From Flavobacterium sp. (lineage in GTDB: Bacteria; Bacteroidota; Bacteroidia; Flavobacteriales; Flavobacteriaceae), in the NCBI GenBank assembly GCA_015665265.1, contig JADFAM010000033.1:2035-66034 (forward strand): a stretch of DNA of 64,000 bases, in the 5' to 3' direction. This document shows positions 48,069-56,782 of the stretch, in pieces. Under the pieces are notes generated by a model. The model had not been told where the DNA came from. It searched no databases and worked only from the letters and a program-made list of their open reading frames with translations. Position 1 is the stretch's first letter. Every line of letters starts with the position of its first letter. The translations under genes were made by a program, and so were the position numbers.

Positions 48069-48075
48069 TAAAAAG

Positions 48076-48858
48076 ATGAATTTTGAAAATATTCTATGCT
48101 CAATAAAAGAAGGATTGGCAATTATTACGATAAACAGACCTAAAAAGTTAAATGCTCTTAATAAACAAACTATAGAAGAGTTACATGATGCTTTCAGTAT
48201 TTTAAAAGACGACATTTCTGTAAAAGTAATTGCTATAACTGGAAGTGGAGAAAAGGCATTTGTAGCTGGAGCAGATATTTCTGAATTTGCGAATTTTACA
48301 GTTGATAATGGAGGGAAATTAGCAGCCAAAGGGCAAGAGCTACTATTTAATTTAATTGAAAACTTTTCTAAACCTGTTATAGCCGCAATTAATGGTTTTG
48401 CATTAGGAGGTGGTTTAGAACTTGCGATGGCTTGTCATTTCAGAGTTGCATCTGATAATGCAAAAATGGGGCTACCCGAAGTGTCTTTGGGTGTAATTCC
48501 AGGTTATGGAGGTACCCAGCGCTTACCTCAGCTAGTAGGTAAAGGGAAAGCTATGGAATTAATCATGACAGCGGGAATGATAACCGCAGATAAAGCATTG
48601 GTCTCAGGGTTGGTAAATTATGTAAGCACATTAGAAGAGTTAATGCCATTAGTAGAAAAATTAGCAGATAAAATAATGAGAAATTCTTCAGTTGCCATAA
48701 GTGCAGCCATTAGAGCAATTAACGCTAATTTTAAGGATGGTGTTAATGGTTATGATATTGAAATACATGAGTTCGGAAATTGTTTTGGAACTCAAGACTT
48801 TAAGGAGGGAACTTCTGCTTTCTTAGAAAAAAGAAAAGCTATATTTCCAGGCAAATAA
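48076..48858 (+). CDS. Enoyl-CoA hydratase/isomerase (crotonase family)
   Basis: 260 aa. The crotonase fold signature is AAINGFALGGGLELAMACHFRVA. It starts 7 nt after the kinase gene. Confidence 0.85.
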   Translation: MNFENILCSIKEGLAIITINRPKKLNALNKQTIEELHDAFSILKDDISVKVIAITGSGEKAFVAGADISEFANFTVDNGGKLAAKGQELLFNLIENFSKPVIAAINGFALGGGLELAMACHFRVASDNAKMGLPEVSLGVIPGYGGTQRLPQLVGKGKAMELIMTAGMITADKALVSGLVNYVSTLEELMPLVEKLADKIMRNSSVAISAAIRAINANFKDGVNGYDIEIHEFGNCFGTQDFKEGTSAFLEKRKAIFPGK

Positions 48859-48859
48859 A

Positions 48860-48887
48860 AAAGCGAGCCCCATGACAAGCTCGCTTT
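48860..48887. terminator. Terminator hairpin between convergent genes (stronger in the minus direction)
   Basis: Stem aaagcgagc/gctcgcttt with a 10-nt loop. The minus-strand reading is followed by ttttttattt. The plus-strand reading has only the ttt that forms part of the stem. Confidence 0.65.
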
Positions 48888-48912
48888 AAACAAATCAAAA
48901 TTACGGTCGCTT

Positions 48913-49458
48913 TTAAAGAGAAATTTTTCTAGTATAAATACGATCGTTTACTTTTGTAACTATTTTATAGTCACCTTTTTTATTTTTACGGAGTGTGTAA
49001 ATTTTTTGAATTAGTTTTTCTCCTTCAATAATATCTGATAGAATTACTTCATCTTCATAATAGATGTCAACTTTCATTGGATAAACCTCAAAATTTAGTT
49101 TAGAAATTAAGATTTTGTTTTTGTTAGACCTTATTACCGGTTTAAAAACTGTTTTTTCAGCTTTGGGATGAAAAATTGCTTTACCAGATATTACTGTAAA
49201 TGGCTTTATTTCAATTTGAAAATCTTTATTTATTTCCAATGTATAATACCCATTTTTTAAATAGCCAAAATCAATATCTTGAATATTGTTACTTTGAATA
49301 TTCAAGGGTTTTTCATAAATAATTTTTCCAGTAGTATTTTTTATAAAGATTAACGGAGTTTTTCTATTCATGTTTCCAAAGTTGTTTCCAACAACAGAAC
49401 TAGTTAGCAGTCCAAATAGTAACGCTACTAATAACTTTTTTGTAATAACTTTTTTCAT
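48913..49458 (-). CDS. Secreted hypothetical protein with two beta-sandwich-like repeats
   Basis: 181 aa with a signal peptide (MKKVITKKLLVALLFGLLTSSVVG). The alternating beta-strand pattern IIYEKPLNIQ...IDFGYLKNGYYTLEI resembles small Ig/CTD-like folds. No catalytic motif. Confidence 0.45.
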   Translation of the reverse strand: MKKVITKKLLVALLFGLLTSSVVGNNFGNMNRKTPLIFIKNTTGKIIYEKPLNIQSNNIQDIDFGYLKNGYYTLEINKDFQIEIKPFTVISGKAIFHPKAEKTVFKPVIRSNKNKILISKLNFEVYPMKVDIYYEDEVILSDIIEGEKLIQKIYTLRKNKKGDYKIVTKVNDRIYTRKISL

Positions 49459-49501
49459 AATTAAATATTTTTAATAATAATAACATTACAAAATTGCGTA
49501 T

Positions 49502-49520
49502 GTTTTCCCTGTTGGAAAAC
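49502..49520. promoter_or_regulatory. Perfect 7-5-7 palindrome gttttcc-ctgtt-ggaaaac in the divergent AraC / secreted-protein intergenic region
   Basis: Read directly. It lies between a minus-strand -7 box (49544-49551) and the ATG at 49458, so it is either a 5' UTR hairpin or a dyad operator. Confidence 0.35.
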
Positions 49521-49543
49521 AACAATATTGGTATATTTATATT

Positions 49544-49551
49544 CAAAATTA
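49544..49551 (-). promoter_or_regulatory. Candidate -7 box (TAATTTTG on the minus strand) for 48913-49458
   Basis: Plus-strand caaaatta, 86 nt upstream of the ATG at 49458. Confidence 0.3.
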
Positions 49552-49604
49552 TCTTATTATAGGGTATTTATTTTCCAATAAGTTAAAATAGAATAGTTTT
49601 TAGA

Positions 49605-49612
49605 TAATTTTG
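49605..49612 (+). promoter_or_regulatory. Candidate -7 box (TAATTTTG) for the AraC-family gene
   Basis: Matches TAnnTTTG, 41 nt upstream of the ATG at 49653. A second identical octamer at 49639-49646 lies only 7 nt from the ATG. Confidence 0.35.
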
Positions 49613-49652
49613 TTCATATAATTATGTGTCTCGAATCTTAATTTTGTAGTAG

Positions 49653-50525
49653 ATGAATAAAAAGAAACCCATATTAGAAAAAGTAGATCCAGGCTTTGGA
49701 AGTTCGTTACTAGTTAAAAAGCATACTGAGTTTTTAAAAACACATAAAGCTTCTTGGCATTTTCATCCAGAATTAGAATTGGTTTATGTAAATAAAGGAC
49801 AAGGAAAGAGACATATAGGAAATCATTTGTCATATTTTAATAATAGTCAACTGCTTCTTATTGGTCCAAACCTACCTCACAACGGTTTTACAGATCGTCT
49901 TACTACTAACGGTTTTGAAACACTTATTCAGTTCAAGGAAGATTTTTTAGGTGAAGACTTTTTTCAAATTCCAGAAATGAAAAAAATTAAGGAATTATTT
50001 GAACGCTCTAAAAAAGGGATTCTTTTTGGTGTAGAAACCAAAAATAAAATAGGCTTTAAAATTGAAAAACTTGTAGAGAAAAAAGGGTTTAAAAAACTAT
50101 TAGTTTTTTTAGAAATTTTAAATATACTTTCCAAAACAGAGGATTATACAATTTTAAATGTTGATGGTTACGTAGTAGAGACAGAATTACAAGACAGTGC
50201 AAAACTAGACATCATTTATAAATACATTAACACTAATTTTAAAGAACATATTAGTTTACATGAAATTGCTAACATAGCAACAATGACTATTCCAGCTTTT
50301 TGTAGATATTTTAAAAAAGCAACAGGAAAAACATTTACGAAACTTGTGAACGAATACAGAGTGGTTCATGCTACAAAATTATTGTCTGAAAGTAATATGA
50401 GTATCACAGATATTTGTTATGAATGTGGATTTAATAATTTCTCACATTTTAATAAGTTATTCAAAGAAATAACTGGTAAAAATGCTTCTTCATATAGAAA
50501 AGAGATGAAAGGTCTAATTCAATAA
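49653..50525 (+). CDS. AraC-family transcriptional regulator (cupin-like N-domain plus dual HTH)
   Basis: 290 aa. The N-terminal cupin-like segment is WHFHPELELVYV. The C-terminal AraC HTH is ISLHEIANIATMTIPAFCRYFKK...ITDICYECGFNNFSHFNKLFK. Confidence 0.85.
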   Translation: MNKKKPILEKVDPGFGSSLLVKKHTEFLKTHKASWHFHPELELVYVNKGQGKRHIGNHLSYFNNSQLLLIGPNLPHNGFTDRLTTNGFETLIQFKEDFLGEDFFQIPEMKKIKELFERSKKGILFGVETKNKIGFKIEKLVEKKGFKKLLVFLEILNILSKTEDYTILNVDGYVVETELQDSAKLDIIYKYINTNFKEHISLHEIANIATMTIPAFCRYFKKATGKTFTKLVNEYRVVHATKLLSESNMSITDICYECGFNNFSHFNKLFKEITGKNASSYRKEMKGLIQ

Positions 50526-50537
50526 TACGAAAAAGAG

Positions 50538-50711
50538 ATGAACGATAAAATTGAAAAAGCAATTGACTATTATACGATAAAAAGTAAAGAAATTATAGCA
50601 CATATAAATTCTAGTAATAAGTTAACTGCTGAAGAGATTATCCAAAGTGCCGAGGAGCTTGCTATCCTAGAATATAAATTAACTGCTTTAGAGGTTGCAA
50701 AAGTAAGTTAG
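50538..50711 (+). CDS. Possible small helical protein (57 aa), below the ORF-track cutoff
   Basis: The ATG is 13 nt after the araC-like stop. Sequence is MNDKIEKAIDYYTIKSKEIIAHINSSNKLTAEEIIQSAEELAILEYKLTALEVAKVS. It fills an otherwise unexplained 199-bp gap. I can offer no homology. Confidence 0.3.
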   Translation: MNDKIEKAIDYYTIKSKEIIAHINSSNKLTAEEIIQSAEELAILEYKLTALEVAKVS

Positions 50712-50724
50712 TAAAGTAAATTAT

Positions 50725-51387
50725 TTATTTTAAGCCATCCCATTCATCAAAAAACTGTTGAAGAAATTCATTCATAAAAGAATGTCTTCTTTGAGCTATA
50801 ATTAGGCCTGTTTTTGTGTTCATCTTGTCTTTTAATAAGAGTAATTTTTCATAAAAATGATTGATAGTTGGCGCTTTTGATTTTTTATATTCTTCTTTTG
50901 TCATTTTTAAATTCGGCTCAATTTCTGGATCATATAATGTCCTATTTTTAAATCCACCATAATTAAAACATCTTGCAATTCCAATAGCTCCAATAGCATC
51001 CAATCTATCTGCATCTTGAATCACATTTAGCTCAGGAGAGCTAAAACTTCTGTTATGGTCTAAAGAAGATTTATAGGAAATAAATAATATAATATTTTCT
51101 ACATGAGAAATAACTGTTTCTTCTACTTGCTGGCTTTCTAAAAAATCTCTTGCTTTTTTTGGCCCAATAGACTCATTTCCATCATAAAATTTTGCATCAG
51201 CAATGTCATGCAATAAGGCTCCTAATTGAACAACAAAAAGATCAACTTTTTCATTTTTTGCTATGAGCAATGCATTTTTATAAACTCTGTTAACATGAAA
51301 CCAATCATGACCACCCTCTGATCCTTCAAGAGTTTTTTTAACAAAATGGATGGTGTTTTGAATAACTTTTTTCTTATTCATAGTCAT
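50725..51387 (-). CDS. HD-domain metal-dependent phosphohydrolase
   Basis: Start trimmed to MTMNKKK (51387; 51381 is an alternative), because the longer ORF would overlap the upstream gene and the hairpin. Motifs are GGHDWFHVNRV and LLHDIAD. Confidence 0.75.
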   Translation of the reverse strand: MTMNKKKVIQNTIHFVKKTLEGSEGGHDWFHVNRVYKNALLIAKNEKVDLFVVQLGALLHDIADAKFYDGNESIGPKKARDFLESQQVEETVISHVENIILFISYKSSLDHNRSFSSPELNVIQDADRLDAIGAIGIARCFNYGGFKNRTLYDPEIEPNLKMTKEEYKKSKAPTINHFYEKLLLLKDKMNTKTGLIIAQRRHSFMNEFLQQFFDEWDGLK

Positions 51388-51397
51388 AAAAATAGAA

Positions 51398-51422
51398 AAT
51401 CCACTTCTATTCGAAGTGGATT
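51398..51422 (-). terminator. Stem-loop between the bacilliredoxin and HD genes (terminator or attenuator)
   Basis: Perfect 10-bp stem aatccacttc/gaagtggatt with loop tattc. On the minus strand it is followed by tttctatttt. It lies 46 nt after the upstream stop and 11 nt before the HD start. Confidence 0.55.
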
Positions 51423-51467
51423 GAGTTGTATTTCTTTTAAAATTCTGCGAATAAAGAGCAGTTGTTC

Positions 51468-51878
51468 TTAACAAAACTCGTTGTAGGCAGACACTAAGTT
51501 TTCAGCAATCATTTGAGCAGATCTTCCTTCAATATGATGACGTTCTAACATGTGAACTAATTCTCCGTCTTTGAATAAGGCAACTGCCGGGGAAGATGGA
51601 GGAAAAGGAATCATATGTTCTCTTGCTTTTTGTGTAGACTCTTTGTCAACACCTGCAAAAACAGTTGTTAGATTATCAGGCTTTTTGTCAAATTGTAATG
51701 AAGCAACTGTTCCTGGTCTCGCTGTTCCTGCAGCACAGCCACAAACAGAATTTACCATCACCAAAGTAGTTCCTTTTTTTGAAATTGCAGCATCTACATC
51801 ATCTGCAGAATATAAAGCTGAAAAACCGTTATTTGTTAACTCTTCACGCATCGGTTTTACTAATTCTTCTGGGTACAT
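51468..51878 (-). CDS. Bacilliredoxin-family (YphP/YqiW, DUF1094) thiol-disulfide oxidoreductase
   Basis: Start trimmed to MYPEELVKPMREELT (ATG at 51876-51878). It has the family-typical VNSVCGCAAG redox motif, and its size (136 aa) fits. Confidence 0.75.
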   Translation of the reverse strand: MYPEELVKPMREELTNNGFSALYSADDVDAAISKKGTTLVMVNSVCGCAAGTARPGTVASLQFDKKPDNLTTVFAGVDKESTQKAREHMIPFPPSSPAVALFKDGELVHMLERHHIEGRSAQMIAENLVSAYNEFC

Positions 51879-51900
51879 AATTTTTTTAAATTTTAGACTA

Positions 51901-51908
51901 CAAATATA
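51901..51908 (-). promoter_or_regulatory. Candidate -7 box (TATATTTG on the minus strand) for the bacilliredoxin gene
   Basis: Plus-strand caaatata, 23 nt upstream of the ATG at 51878. Confidence 0.4.
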
Positions 51909-51932
51909 AGGAATATAACACAATCAAAATAG

Positions 51933-51940
51933 TATATTTG
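51933..51940 (+). promoter_or_regulatory. Candidate -7 box (TATATTTG) for the DjlA-like gene
   Basis: Matches TAnnTTTG, 22 nt upstream of the ATG at 51962. It sits back-to-back with the box at 51901-51908. Confidence 0.4.
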
Positions 51941-51961
51941 AAGTTCAAAAATTGATAAAAA

Positions 51962-52717
51962 ATGAGTAATTTTTCTAAATGGCTTGGTGCTGGAATTGGA
52001 TTTACTTTTGCAGGACCTATAGGAGCAATCATGGGGTTTGCAGCTGCTACTGTATTTGATAAATTCACCAAAGAAGATTTTGTAAAAGAGCAACGAGAGT
52101 TCCAAAATAAATCTCATAGACAAAAAACACAAACGCTTAGTGGTGATTTTGAAATTAGTCTATTAATATTAGCTTCTATTGTTATTAAATCTGACGGTAA
52201 AGTTGATAGCAGAGAATTAAACTTCGTTAGAAATCAATTTGTTGGGATGTATGGCAAAGAAAGAGCAAACAAGGCTTTTCAATTATTTAAAGGAGTAATG
52301 AAAAAGCAAGTTTCTGCAAGGCAGGTTTGTATTCAGATTCGTCAACACATGCCGCATTCTTCCAGACTTCAACTACTACACTTTTTATTTGGAATTGCCC
52401 AAGCAGATGAATATGTTTCCGAGATAGAAGTTGATGAAATAAGAAAGATTGCAGGCTATTTGTATATCAATCAATATGATTTTGAATCAATTAAAGCGAT
52501 GTTTTATAAATCAACAGATAGTGCTTATAAAATTTTAGAGATCGAGACCTCGGCATCTGATTCAGAATTAAAAAAAGCGTACAGAAAAATGGTTAAAAAG
52601 TACCATCCAGATAAATTAACTGGCCTAGGAGAAGAGCATTTACAAGGAGCTAAAGAAAAGTTTCAAAATATCCAAGCTGCTTACGAAACAATCAAAAAAG
52701 AAAGAGGGCTCAGTTAA
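51962..52717 (+). CDS. DjlA-like membrane co-chaperone (N-terminal TM, TerB-like domain, C-terminal J domain)
   Basis: 251 aa. The Gly-rich TM is WLGAGIGFTFAGPIGAIMGFAAA. The J domain is YKILEIETSASDSELKKAYRKMVKKYHPDK, which contains HPD. Confidence 0.7.
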   Translation: MSNFSKWLGAGIGFTFAGPIGAIMGFAAATVFDKFTKEDFVKEQREFQNKSHRQKTQTLSGDFEISLLILASIVIKSDGKVDSRELNFVRNQFVGMYGKERANKAFQLFKGVMKKQVSARQVCIQIRQHMPHSSRLQLLHFLFGIAQADEYVSEIEVDEIRKIAGYLYINQYDFESIKAMFYKSTDSAYKILEIETSASDSELKKAYRKMVKKYHPDKLTGLGEEHLQGAKEKFQNIQAAYETIKKERGLS

Positions 52718-52855
52718 ACTTATTAATTAGTAAAAGAGATTTTTTGAATTATTTGCCCTCAATTAACAGGGCTATTCAAGAATTCTTTTCATAAACAATC
52801 TAACGGAATTACAGGAAAATATGTATTTTCGCAATCTTAATAGAATTTGTGACTT

Positions 52856-55800
52856 ATGAGTGCAAAGTTTCCTGAATATAAAGGACTTAACTTACCGAAT
52901 GTAGCAAAAGAAATGCTAGAATATTGGGCAGAAAACAGCATCTTTGAAAAAAGTGTGACTACTCGAGAAGGAAATAAACCATTTGTATTTTTTGAGGGGC
53001 CTCCATCAGCTAACGGTTTGCCTGGAGTTCATCACGTATTAGCAAGAGCTATTAAAGATATCTTTCCACGCTATAAAACTATGAAAGGTTTTCAAGTTAA
53101 AAGAAAAGCAGGATGGGATACGCACGGATTACCTATAGAACTTGGTGTTGAAAAAGAACTAGGAATTACAAAAGAAGATATTGGAAGAACGATTACTGTA
53201 GAAGAGTATAATGCTGCTTGTAGAACAGCGGTAATGCGTTATACAGATATCTGGAATGATCTTACCCAGAAAATGGGTTACTGGGTAAATATGGATGATC
53301 CATACATTACCTATGAACCCAAATATATGGAAAGTGTATGGTGGTTATTAAAACAGATTTATGAGAAAAATCTGATGTATAAAGGGTATACTATTCAGCC
53401 TTATTCACCAAAAGCAGGAACCGGATTAAGTTCTCATGAGTTAAATCAACCAGGTACTTACCAAGATGTGACGGATACTACTGTAGTTGCTCAATTCAAA
53501 GCAATTAAAGAGACGCTTCCCGATTTTTTACAAAATGAAGGGGATATTTACTTTTTAGCATGGACAACCACTCCTTGGACATTGCCAAGTAATACCGCAT
53601 TAACTGTAGGAGCAAAGATTGATTATGTTTTAGTTGATACGTTTAATCAATATACATTTGAACCAACAAAAGTAATATTAGCAAAGAATTTAGTTGGAAA
53701 GCAATTTGGAGGCAAAAAAAACATACAAGTTGAGGACGTAGATATATTAAATGAATATAATTCTGGAGATAAGAAAATTCCTTTCCATGTTGTTAAAGAA
53801 TTTAAAGGAAAAGACTTATTAGAAATCCGTTATGAGCAATTGTTGGATTATGTGTTACCACATAACAACCCTCAAGATGCTTTTAGAGTGATTGCTGGAG
53901 ATTTTGTAACCACAGAGGATGGAACAGGAATCGTCCACACCTCTCCTACTTTTGGAGCAGATGACGCCCTAGTTGCAAAGCAGGCTTCGCCAGAAATTCC
54001 TCCAATGTTAATTAAGGATGAGAACGATAACTTGGTTCCGTTGGTAGATTTACAAGGGAAATTTGTGAAAGAATTGGGTGAGTTCGGAGGCAAGTATGTA
54101 AAAAACGAATATTATAAAGAAGGTGAAGCACCAGAAAAATCAATAGATGTAGAACTTGCTATTAAATTAAAAGAAGAAAATAAAGCCTTTAAGGTAGAAA
54201 AATATAAGCACAGTTACCCTAACTGTTGGAGAACAGATAAGCCAATTTTATACTATCCATTAGACTCTTGGTTTATTAAAGTTACCGATGTTAAAGAACG
54301 AATGCATGAGTTGAATAAAACTATTAACTGGAAGCCAGCATCAACAGGTGAGGGTCGTTTTGGAAATTGGTTGGCTAATGCAAATGACTGGAATTTATCT
54401 CGTTCTCGTTACTGGGGGATTCCTTTACCTATCTGGAGAACAGAAGATAAGAAAGAGGAAATATGTATTGGTTCTGTTGCCGAATTGAAGCAAGAAATTC
54501 AGAAGTCTATAGAAGCAGGAATACTTGCAGAAGATATTTTTGCCGACTTTGAAGTTGGTAATATGACCGATGAAAATTATGCTACGTTAGATCTTCATAA
54601 GAATATTGTTGATCAAATTGTATTGGTTTCACCTTCCGGAAAACCAATGGAGCGGGAAAGTGATTTGATAGACGTTTGGTTTGATTCAGGATCAATGCCC
54701 TATGCACAATGGCATTACCCTTTTGAGAATAAAGAATTAATAGACAACAATACATCATATCCAGCAGATTTTATAGCAGAAGGTGTAGATCAGACTCGTG
54801 GTTGGTTTTACACATTACATGCCATTGGAACGATGGTTTTTGATTCTGTAGCCTATAAAAATGTAGTCTCTAATGGATTGGTTTTAGACAAAAATGGGCA
54901 AAAAATGTCAAAGCGTCTTGGTAACGCAGCAGATCCCTTTGAGGTGCTAAGTACTTATGGAGCTGATGCCACTCGTTGGTACATGATATCAAATGCTAAC
55001 CCATGGGATAATTTAAAATTTGACAAGGACGGTATTGAAGAAGTGAAGCGTAAGTTTTTTGGAACGCTTTACAATACGTATTCGTTTTTTAGTTTATACA
55101 CAAACATTGATGGTTTTTCATATGCTGAAGAAGATGTTCCTTTACACGAAAGGCCAGAATTAGATCGTTGGATTTTATCAGAACTTCACACATTAATAAA
55201 AAAAGTAGATAAGTTCTATGAAGAATATGAACCAACAAAAGCCGCCCGAGCTATCTCAGGTTTTACTCAGGATTATTTAAGTAATTGGTATGTTAGATTA
55301 AGTAGAAGAAGATTCTGGAAAGGAGATTACCAACAAGACAAGATTTCTGCTTATCAAACTTTGTATACCTGTATGCTTACAATTGCAAAAATAGGTGCCC
55401 CAATAGCTCCATTTTTTATGGATAAATTATATTTAGATTTAAATGCTGTTTCTCAAAAAGAAAACTTTGAAAGCATTCACTTAGCTGATTTTCCTCTATT
55501 TGAAGAATCTTACATAGACAAATCATTGGAGCGTAAAATGGAAGATGCACAAACTATTTCTTCTCTTGTATTGTCTCTACGTGCAAAAGAAAAAATAAAA
55601 GTTCGCCAGCCTTTACAGAAAATAATGATTCCCGTAGAAAACGAAGAACAAAAGTCATCAATTTTAGCTGTAGCAAACCTAATAAAACACGAGGTCAATA
55701 TTAAAGAAATTGAATTACTAGAAGACGCTTCAGATATTTTGGTGAAACAAATTAAACCAAATTTTAAAACGTTAGGGCCAAAATTTGGTAGAGAGATGAA

Positions 55801-56263
55801 GTCAATTGCAAATGCAATTCGAAATTTTTCAAAGGAAGAAATTTCGAAGATTGAACTTGAAGGGAAAACACCTATTGAACTTGATGGAAAAATGATTAAC
55901 TTGGAGCTTTCAGATGTTGAAATTTCATCCAAAGATATTGAGGGATGGTTAGTTGCAAATGAAGGTAGTATAACCGTAGCTTTAGACGTCACAATTTCTG
56001 AAAATTTAAGAAGAGAAGGAGTTGCAAGAGAGCTGATTAATAGAATTCAAAACGCTAGAAAAGATAGGGGTCTTGAAGTAACTGATAAAATTAAATTAAC
56101 AGTTTTAAAATTTGAAGATATAGAGGAATCTATTAATAAAAATAAAGAGTATATTATGAGTGAAACATTAACTGAAGAATTGGTTTTTGTTGATCAATTA
56201 ATAGATGGTATAGATGTAGAGTTTGATACCATTAAAAGTAAAATATTAATTAATAAAATGTAA
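52856..56263 (+). CDS. ileS: Isoleucyl-tRNA synthetase (long, type-2-like form)
   Basis: 1135 aa. The HIGH-type motif is PGVHHVLAR and the KMSKS motif is GQKMSKRLGN. A CP1 editing domain is present. I saw no C-terminal Cys4 zinc finger. Confidence 0.95.
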   Translation: MSAKFPEYKGLNLPNVAKEMLEYWAENSIFEKSVTTREGNKPFVFFEGPPSANGLPGVHHVLARAIKDIFPRYKTMKGFQVKRKAGWDTHGLPIELGVEKELGITKEDIGRTITVEEYNAACRTAVMRYTDIWNDLTQKMGYWVNMDDPYITYEPKYMESVWWLLKQIYEKNLMYKGYTIQPYSPKAGTGLSSHELNQPGTYQDVTDTTVVAQFKAIKETLPDFLQNEGDIYFLAWTTTPWTLPSNTALTVGAKIDYVLVDTFNQYTFEPTKVILAKNLVGKQFGGKKNIQVEDVDILNEYNSGDKKIPFHVVKEFKGKDLLEIRYEQLLDYVLPHNNPQDAFRVIAGDFVTTEDGTGIVHTSPTFGADDALVAKQASPEIPPMLIKDENDNLVPLVDLQGKFVKELGEFGGKYVKNEYYKEGEAPEKSIDVELAIKLKEENKAFKVEKYKHSYPNCWRTDKPILYYPLDSWFIKVTDVKERMHELNKTINWKPASTGEGRFGNWLANANDWNLSRSRYWGIPLPIWRTEDKKEEICIGSVAELKQEIQKSIEAGILAEDIFADFEVGNMTDENYATLDLHKNIVDQIVLVSPSGKPMERESDLIDVWFDSGSMPYAQWHYPFENKELIDNNTSYPADFIAEGVDQTRGWFYTLHAIGTMVFDSVAYKNVVSNGLVLDKNGQKMSKRLGNAADPFEVLSTYGADATRWYMISNANPWDNLKFDKDGIEEVKRKFFGTLYNTYSFFSLYTNIDGFSYAEEDVPLHERPELDRWILSELHTLIKKVDKFYEEYEPTKAARAISGFTQDYLSNWYVRLSRRRFWKGDYQQDKISAYQTLYTCMLTIAKIGAPIAPFFMDKLYLDLNAVSQKENFESIHLADFPLFEESYIDKSLERKMEDAQTISSLVLSLRAKEKIKVRQPLQKIMIPVENEEQKSSILAVANLIKHEVNIKEIELLEDASDILVKQIKPNFKTLGPKFGREMKSIANAIRNFSKEEISKIELEGKTPIELDGKMINLELSDVEISSKDIEGWLVANEGSITVALDVTISENLRREGVARELINRIQNARKDRGLEVTDKIKLTVLKFEDIEESINKNKEYIMSETLTEELVFVDQLIDGIDVEFDTIKSKILINKM

Positions 56264-56268
56264 GAATC

Positions 56269-56646
56269 ATGTCGAATACAACAACAAAATATTCTGATGA
56301 AGATTTGCAAGAGTTCAAAGAAATAATTCTAAAAAAAATAGAAAGAGCTGAAGAGGATTTAGCTTTATTGCAAAGCTCGTATAAAAATGGATTAAATAAT
56401 GGAACAGACGATACTTCTCCACAATTTAAATCATTTGAGGAAGGTTCTGAAACAATGAGCAAGGAGGCGAATGTTCAATTGGCTATTCGTCAAGAAAAAT
56501 TTATAAGAGATTTAAATAATGCACTCATAAGGATAGAAAATAAAACTTATGGAGTTTGTAGAGTTACAGGAAAGCTCATTCAAAAAGAACGATTAAAATT
56601 AGTTCCTCATGCTACTTTAAGTATAGAAGCTAAAAGAAGACAGTAA
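56269..56646 (+). CDS. DksA/TraR-family protein with a degenerate zinc finger
   Basis: 125 aa with a coiled-coil N-half. The C-terminal YGVCRVTGKLIQKERLKLVPHATLSIEAK aligns with the DksA CxxC-x17-CxxC region, but only one Cys remains. It occupies the ileS-[dksA-like]-lspA position. Confidence 0.7.
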   Translation: MSNTTTKYSDEDLQEFKEIILKKIERAEEDLALLQSSYKNGLNNGTDDTSPQFKSFEEGSETMSKEANVQLAIRQEKFIRDLNNALIRIENKTYGVCRVTGKLIQKERLKLVPHATLSIEAKRRQ

Positions 56647-56782
56647 ATCAACTCAACCTATTTATGCTGGTTTTTGGGTTACACATCCTTAACATCGAGG
56701 GGGATTTTATTCCAGGAAGAGTTCAGGAGCTCTGAGAATAATAAATATAACTAAACAATATTCTTACAACAATATTAGTAAT

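Noticed and set aside
48060-48329. 89-aa ORF antisense to the crotonase gene start
   Set aside because: It is a shadow ORF overlapping two well-supported plus-strand genes.
51571-51909. 112-aa ORF antisense to the bacilliredoxin gene
   Set aside because: It is a shadow ORF within a gene that has a clear family motif, and it has no independent signal.
52718-52855. T-box or attenuator leaders upstream of ileS, leuS (43518-43633) and metG
   Set aside because: The leaders are short and AT-rich, with no specifier or terminator-antiterminator architecture. T-boxes are not expected in Bacteroidota.
55510-55992. 160-aa ORF antisense to ileS
   Set aside because: It lies entirely inside a strongly supported aaRS gene. 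Its Ser/Phe/Ile-rich low-complexity composition is typical of the antisense frame of Lys/Glu-rich coding sequence. It has no start context or motif.
56647-56782. Slightly GC-richer 136-bp gap between the dksA-like gene and lspA (catcgagggggatttt...ggagctctgag), considered as a small RNA
   Set aside because: Only a 4-5 bp imperfect palindrome around GAGCTC is present. There is no promoter box or terminator, so the evidence is insufficient.
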